Positions 59,204 through 64,000 of a DNA stretch of 64,000 bases are shown here, one piece after another (position 1 is the stretch's first letter; each line of letters begins with the position of its first letter). The position numbers were made by a program, and so were the translations under genes. Origin of the DNA: Nitrospirales bacterium (lineage in GTDB: Bacteria; Nitrospirota; Nitrospiria; Nitrospirales; UBA8639). The stretch is from contig CBDCWC010000003.1 of assembly GCA_965223295.1 (NCBI GenBank), forward strand, positions 1,184,001-1,248,000, given 5' to 3'. A model generated the notes under the pieces. It saw only the letters and a program-made list of their open reading frames with translations, did not search any database and had not been told where the DNA came from.

Positions 59204-59788
59204 ATGAGCACCACATTACTTGATCATGAGCAACAATCTGAGCAGCCAACTGTTCAGGGTGAGTACCTGAAAAGTGATCCGTTGTATATCGATGTCCGAA
59301 CACCTCAAGAATTTGAAGGTGTGCATATACCGGGCGCACGAAATATTCCTTTACCTGATTTACATTTATATGTAGATGAGTTGCGAGCCCTTGCACAACA
59401 ACGCCCTATTATCTTGGTATGCCGCACACAGAATCGAGTGAAGATTGCTCGAGACTATTTGACCAACAATGGTCTAAAAAATTGTGAAATTTTGGAGGGC
59501 GGAATCACCGCTTGGGTTGATCAAGGTAAGCCTGTCATCACAGGGCAACAGGGTATCTCATTGGAAGGGCAAGTTCGGGCTATAGCAGGCGGATTGATCT
59601 TACTCGGTGTTGCGTTAGGTTTCACGGTGCATAACGGATTCTTTCTTCTCCCTGCCATGGTAGGGGCAGGACTGCTTCACGCCGGATTAACGGATTCATG
59701 TTTAATGGGCATGCTCCTTTCCAAGCTACCCAGAAACCGAATCCGGAATTCCCCCTCCACCAATGGAAAGAAAGGAGCTTCACCATGA
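59204..59788 (+). CDS. Rhodanese + DUF2892 membrane protein (YgaP-like)
   Basis: IDVRTPQEF..HIPGA, active-site CRTQNR, LEGGITAW, two TM helices, CLMG. Confidence 0.88.
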   Translation: MSTTLLDHEQQSEQPTVQGEYLKSDPLYIDVRTPQEFEGVHIPGARNIPLPDLHLYVDELRALAQQRPIILVCRTQNRVKIARDYLTNNGLKNCEILEGGITAWVDQGKPVITGQQGISLEGQVRAIAGGLILLGVALGFTVHNGFFLLPAMVGAGLLHAGLTDSCLMGMLLSKLPRNRIRNSPSTNGKKGASP

Positions 59789-60006
59789 ATTGTCCACGAT
59801 GCGAAGGCTTATTGTTGAGCGACCAAACCTACAATGCAGATGAGGCGCTCTATGTTTTGTCAATTTGGCGCTGTCTCAACTGTGGAGAAACATTTGACTC
59901 CATGATTTTACAAAATCGAATCGATCAAAAAGAGAAGGGGATGCCGGAACGTTCTAAGTCTACTAATTGGGTAGACCACAGAAACCCACTGGCTATCACT
60001 CGCTAG
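59785..60006 (+). CDS. Small Zn-ribbon protein
   Basis: MNCPRC...WRCLNCGE; ATGA overlap with the rhodanese gene, AAGGAG RBS. Confidence 0.75.
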   Translation: MNCPRCEGLLLSDQTYNADEALYVLSIWRCLNCGETFDSMILQNRIDQKEKGMPERSKSTNWVDHRNPLAITR

Positions 60007-60082
60007 AAGACCTATAATTTTTCTCTGTCCGTCATCAAGAATTCGGACATGTCCATCACACATTCATAACAAGGAGGTCGCA

Positions 60083-60595
60083 ATGCATCGTTCAGTCCGT
60101 TCCCTATTATTCGTCGGAGCTTTAAGCTTTCTCGCAATGGGGTGTATGACCACTCCAGCCATGAGTGAAGGAGGAGGCCCAGCTCATGGATATGACATTC
60201 ATGTGCAAGCCCCCCACATGATGCCCGACGGGACACCCGGAGGTCCATTCCACCATTATTGCAAGGGGATTAATGACAAGATTCTCCAATGTCTCTTGTT
60301 TGAATCCACGGATGCCAATGCTCCGCTGGTTGCCATCGAATACTTCGTGGCTAAAGATCTTTCACGAAAACTTCCAGTTATTCAATGGCATCGGTTCTTC
60401 CATGATCATGAAGTAGAAATTGCCACGGGACGCGTACAGATTTTGGACATCGATGATCCCGAAAAAGTGAAGGCTATTGCTGAAGCTGCCGGTAAAACCG
60501 ATGGGGTGATTTATCATCTTTGGCAAAAAGGGAAAGAATTCCCAGATGGGACCGTGACCTACCCTCAATCACTTGGACATTCGTTTCCCCAATAA
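60083..60595 (+). CDS. DUF1264/OBAP-like lipoprotein
   Basis: Lipobox AMGC, HHYC, QCLLF, IEY, FHDHEVE. Confidence 0.75.
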   Translation: MHRSVRSLLFVGALSFLAMGCMTTPAMSEGGGPAHGYDIHVQAPHMMPDGTPGGPFHHYCKGINDKILQCLLFESTDANAPLVAIEYFVAKDLSRKLPVIQWHRFFHDHEVEIATGRVQILDIDDPEKVKAIAEAAGKTDGVIYHLWQKGKEFPDGTVTYPQSLGHSFPQ

Positions 60596-60664
60596 TCTGA
60601 ATAACAGCTCATCTAGGAGCGGGGGATCAACCAGATTCCCCGTTCATCTCAAAGGATAGACAGC

Positions 60665-61120
60665 ATGGAGAGCAGGCCAACACATACAACGATAGTACTG
60701 TTCGGATTCATCCTGTGGGCTGGGAGTACGTTATCCGTTTCTTTTGCCGCAGACCCCGCCGTCCTTAAACCTCGAGTACCGAACACGGAAATAGAGGAAG
60801 CGCGAACCTGGGTAAACCCCTTTCCTGCCACGCCTGAAAATATTGAGCAGGGCAAGCTCATTTTTCACGGAAAAGCCTTTTGCGTAACTTGCCACGGAAG
60901 AGATGGGAAGGGGCTGGGAAATATCCCTGGCCTGCGAGGAAAGCTGCCTCGGAATTTTACAGACAAAGCCTGGCAAGAAGCCAGAACGGATGGTGAGTTA
61001 CTTTGGATTTTAAAAAACGGTAGTCCGGGCACTGATATGGCTTCATTCATTCCACTAGTATTGACCGAAGAAGAAGCCTGGCATGTCTTGCTGTATGTCC
61101 GATCATTTGGAAAGTACTAG
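60665..61120 (+). CDS. Monoheme cytochrome c
   Basis: CVTCH, PRNFT, GSPGTDM. Confidence 0.92.
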   Translation: MESRPTHTTIVLFGFILWAGSTLSVSFAADPAVLKPRVPNTEIEEARTWVNPFPATPENIEQGKLIFHGKAFCVTCHGRDGKGLGNIPGLRGKLPRNFTDKAWQEARTDGELLWILKNGSPGTDMASFIPLVLTEEEAWHVLLYVRSFGKY

Positions 61121-61157
61121 AGCAACAACGAAGAGTGGAGTATTGGAAGACGGAACT

Positions 61158-61567
61158 ATGGAGCGATATCCAACAACCAACTTCCTGCGGACCTTATCAA
61201 GGATTGGGTTTGTCATTCTAGTCTAGTTTATGTCTTGTTTGCTGTCCTCTCTCCGGCCATCGCTTCATTACCGGGACTTCGAATTACTATACAGACCTTT
61301 TCCCCCCACTTTTCTCCTACATTAGCCAAGATAGTAACTGGCACCACAGTTTCCTGGGAAAACCCTACCAGCACCCTTCATTCCATTACCCATGATGGAT
61401 GTCAGAAGATGGAAAAATGTGCGTTTGATTCAGGACCCCTTGGCCCCAATCGCACCTTTTCTATAGATGCACTACCACCCGGCCAGTATCCTTACCATTG
61501 CTCGTTTCATCCCATTATGCGCGGGGCTCTTGTTGTCCTTGAGTCTGATAGTAGTCATGAAACCTAA
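61158..61567 (+). pseudogene. Plastocyanin/cupredoxin, frameshifted in its signal peptide
   Basis: HSIT and YHCSFHPIMRG ligands; CTAGT-CTAGT duplication at 61218-61227 breaks the frame from ATG 61158. Confidence 0.7.
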
Positions 61568-61734
61568 CTGAACGAGCTTCGACCCGTTAAATGGAATGGA
61601 TGAATTCTGAAGTTCCCGTACGGGCATTCCACCACTAGCCACCTGTGTTCCTGAAATTCGAGTCTCCGTTTGTGATGGGTCAGCCAAATACTTTCCTATT
61701 CTTTATGCATGAACATTCATGCGGATGACCCAAT

Positions 61735-61763
61735 GCGTTAACAGTTAACGCGTGAACTTAACA
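61735..61763. promoter_or_regulatory. Second GTTAAC-repeat candidate enhancer
   Basis: GCGTTAACAGTTAACGCGTGAACTTAACA upstream of a -24/-12 promoter. Confidence 0.55.
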
Positions 61764-61843
61764 GGCTTATCAAACCCACTCTCTGCGTTCAAAAATATTT
61801 TGATAAACAATTGAAATATAATAATTTTCATATTATTTATTGT

Positions 61844-61859
61844 TGGTATTTGTCTTGCT
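61844..61859 (+). promoter_or_regulatory. Sigma54 -24/-12 promoter
   Basis: TGGTATTTGTCTTGCT (GG-N10-GC), preceded by an AT-rich spacer. Confidence 0.75.
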
Positions 61860-61926
61860 AAATACTAAGAGAAATAGAGGAATACACGTTCAATACTTCA
61901 CTTCTAAAAATTTAAGGAGAAGAGTT

Positions 61927-62328
61927 ATGGAAGAAACAAATGGACGAGTCATGGTGGTGGATGATGAAGCTGATGTTCGAAAGGTTGCCACAATGTGTTT
62001 GGAAAAAGCTGGCTACCAAGTCATTGAAGCCGAAGACGGAGAACAAGCCATACAGGAAATTAAGCAAGGGGACAATCCTGTGATGTTGGATGTCATTATC
62101 ACAGACATTAATATGCCTAAAGTGAACGGCTTAGAAGCCATTGAATTCTTTCAACAAGAATGGCCTCATGTGCCGTTGATTGTGATGACAGGATATCCAA
62201 ACCTGGAGACCGCAAAAGAGTTAATGAAACGAGGGTTAGTGGACTATTTGGTCAAACCCGTGGATAGAGAAAAGTTGATAGCGGCTGTGGAAAAAGGCAT
62301 GGGTCAAAGAGAACTGAGTAGTTTTTAG
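61927..62328 (+). CDS. Single-domain response regulator
   Basis: VVDDE, ITDINMP, KPV; AAGGAG RBS. Confidence 0.9.
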   Translation: MEETNGRVMVVDDEADVRKVATMCLEKAGYQVIEAEDGEQAIQEIKQGDNPVMLDVIITDINMPKVNGLEAIEFFQQEWPHVPLIVMTGYPNLETAKELMKRGLVDYLVKPVDREKLIAAVEKGMGQRELSSF

Positions 62329-62350
62329 TTAGGCCAATTCAATGATAAGC

Positions 62351-62395
62351 GGTCCCTCGTCCATCTAAATTTCATTGGACGGGGGACCTGTTTTT
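62351..62395 (+). terminator. Probable intrinsic terminator
   Basis: GGTCCCTCGTCCA...TGGACGGGGGACC stem followed by TGTTTTT. Confidence 0.6.
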
Positions 62396-62455
62396 GAATA
62401 TCCTCAAACAATCGGTGGGAAAGGTCAGATGGGAGTGATTGGTGGAGATGTGCCC

Positions 62456-64000
62456 ATGGCAATGAAGATTTCTAGAGTGACTCAGCCTCAGACTATTAAC
62501 GACTTAATTTTAGATGCGGCAGACGAAGGAATTTTTGGCCTTGATTTAGAAGGCAAACATACTTTTGTGAATCCGGCTGCCGCACGCATTCTTGGGTTTG
62601 ACGCAAACGAGTTACTGGGTCAACCCAGCCATGCCCTCTGGCATCATACTAAAGACAATGGGGATCCCTATCCGGCTGAAGAATGTCCTATTTACGGCGC
62701 GTATAAAGATGGAAAGATTCATCATGGAGATAATGAAGTGTTTTGGCGAAAAGACGGGACATCATTTCCCGCTCAATACTCAAGTCGCCCAATCTTTGAC
62801 GAGGGGAATAGACTCATTGGAGCGGTCGTCACGTTCAGAGATATTTCGGTACGTCGTGAGGCGGAATGGACGATTGCAGAACTTCGACGCCAAAATGACT
62901 ATGTGCTGAATTCGGCGGGAGAAGGCATTTTTGGGTTAGACCTGGAAGGCCGTCATACATTTGTGAATCCCTCTGCGGCAAAATTGTTAGGGTATGAAAT
63001 TTCTGAACTGCTTGGTCAACCCAGCCATTCTCTGTGGCACCATACCAAAGGCAATGGGAAGCCCTACCCCAAGGAAGAATGTCCAATCTATGGAGCATAT
63101 AAGGATGGGCTGGTTCATGTTGGAGAGGATGAACTGTTCTGGCGTAAAGATGGCTCAAGTTTTATTGCGCAATATTGCAGTACGCCTATGCGAAACAGTG
63201 ATGGAGAGCTGATTGGTGCCGTGGTGACCTTTCAGGATATGACGGAACGAAAACGCCTTGCTGCTCAATTGCTGGAAGCGGCCAAAATAGCGGAAGTGAC
63301 GAGAGTGCTGGGCAATGTGGGTCACGACATTAAAAATATGTTGATGCCCGTGTTGACGGGAACGAGTCTGCTGGAAGATGAGTTAAAAGATCTTTTCACA
63401 TGTCTTACTAAATCAGGCATGACCGACGGCAAGAAAATTGAAGAGACCTGTGCGGAGCTGACCCAAATGATCAAGCAGAATGGACAACGTATTCAAGATC
63501 GGGTCAGGGAAATTGCCGATGCCGTAAAAGGTGTCATCAGTGAACCGCATTTCGTGACATGTCAGGTTTCACCAATTGTTGAAGGGGTCATGAAATCACT
63601 GCAAGTTTCAGCCAAAGAAAAAGGCGTGACATTGCTCTCCAAAGACTTGGAATATCTTCCATCTCTTGAAGCCGATGGGAAACGCCTCTTTACCGCTCTC
63701 TTTAATCTCATTGGCAATGCCATTCCAGAAGTCCCCAAAGGAGGCTCGGTGACGGTGACGGGTTCTGCCAATGGAACAAAGGACATGCTTGAACTGATTG
63801 TCGCGGATACTGGAAACGGTATGCCTCCGGAAGTACGAGAGCGGCTCTTCACCAAAAATGCCATTAGCACCAAAGCGGGAGGAACTGGACTCGGAACGAA
63901 AATTGTGAAAGATGCCATTGATGCACACAACGGAACTATTCGGGTAGAGAGCACTCAAGGAGTCGGGACATCGTTTTATCTCCGCCTTCCTATTCATCAG
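62456..64000 (+). CDS. PAS-PAS histidine kinase, stop codon beyond the window
   Basis: Manual translation (not in ORF track): two EGIFGLDLEG.HTFVNP PAS domains, GHDIKNML H-box, NLIGNA, DTGNGM, GGTGLG. Confidence 0.88.
   Translation, partial: MAMKISRVTQPQTINDLILDAADEGIFGLDLEGKHTFVNPAAARILGFDANELLGQPSHALWHHTKDNGDPYPAEECPIYGAYKDGKIHHGDNEVFWRKDGTSFPAQYSSRPIFDEGNRLIGAVVTFRDISVRREAEWTIAELRRQNDYVLNSAGEGIFGLDLEGRHTFVNPSAAKLLGYEISELLGQPSHSLWHHTKGNGKPYPKEECPIYGAYKDGLVHVGEDELFWRKDGSSFIAQYCSTPMRNSDGELIGAVVTFQDMTERKRLAAQLLEAAKIAEVTRVLGNVGHDIKNMLMPVLTGTSLLEDELKDLFTCLTKSGMTDGKKIEETCAELTQMIKQNGQRIQDRVREIADAVKGVISEPHFVTCQVSPIVEGVMKSLQVSAKEKGVTLLSKDLEYLPSLEADGKRLFTALFNLIGNAIPEVPKGGSVTVTGSANGTKDMLELIVADTGNGMPPEVRERLFTKNAISTKAGGTGLGTKIVKDAIDAHNGTIRVESTQGVGTSFYLRLPIHQ

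Noticed and set aside
60665-61567. TAG read-through fusing cytochrome c to the in-frame cupredoxin
   Set aside because: The 5-bp duplication explains the frame and restores an independent signal peptide; no recoding machinery is seen

Overview
Replication-origin region of a bacterial chromosome, probably Nitrospirales; this is inferred from gene content, the F1-only atp cluster and the repeat family, not from a search. Core: dciA, gyrA-gyrB-dnaN-dnaA, oriC with DnaA boxes and DnaA-trios, hisS, rpmH-rnpA-yidD-yidC-mnmE, mnmG, rsmG-parA-parB with two perfect parS palindromes, two bactofilins, mnmA, atpHAGDC, a RluA-family synthase and tRNA-Arg(UCG). Two accessory islands split mnmE/mnmG/rsmG. 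They carry secreted hydrolases that share a repeated Trp-rich module, a frameshifted membrane/ankyrin-like gene and a decayed higBA pair. The right half holds a zinc-uptake operon, a K+-dependent membrane pyrophosphatase, and a sigma54 activator followed by two -24/-12 promoters with similar GTTAAC-rich enhancer regions. Strongest lead: the zinc operon opens with a secreted His-rich leader ORF ending in RAPP, whose 3' end can pair with the Shine-Dalgarno of the next gene, under a perfect Fur/Zur-type palindrome. This is a candidate zinc-sensing arrest-peptide switch. A structured ~120-nt repeat with compensatory changes occurs four times. No CRISPR array, rRNA, reverse transcriptase or intact transposase was seen.
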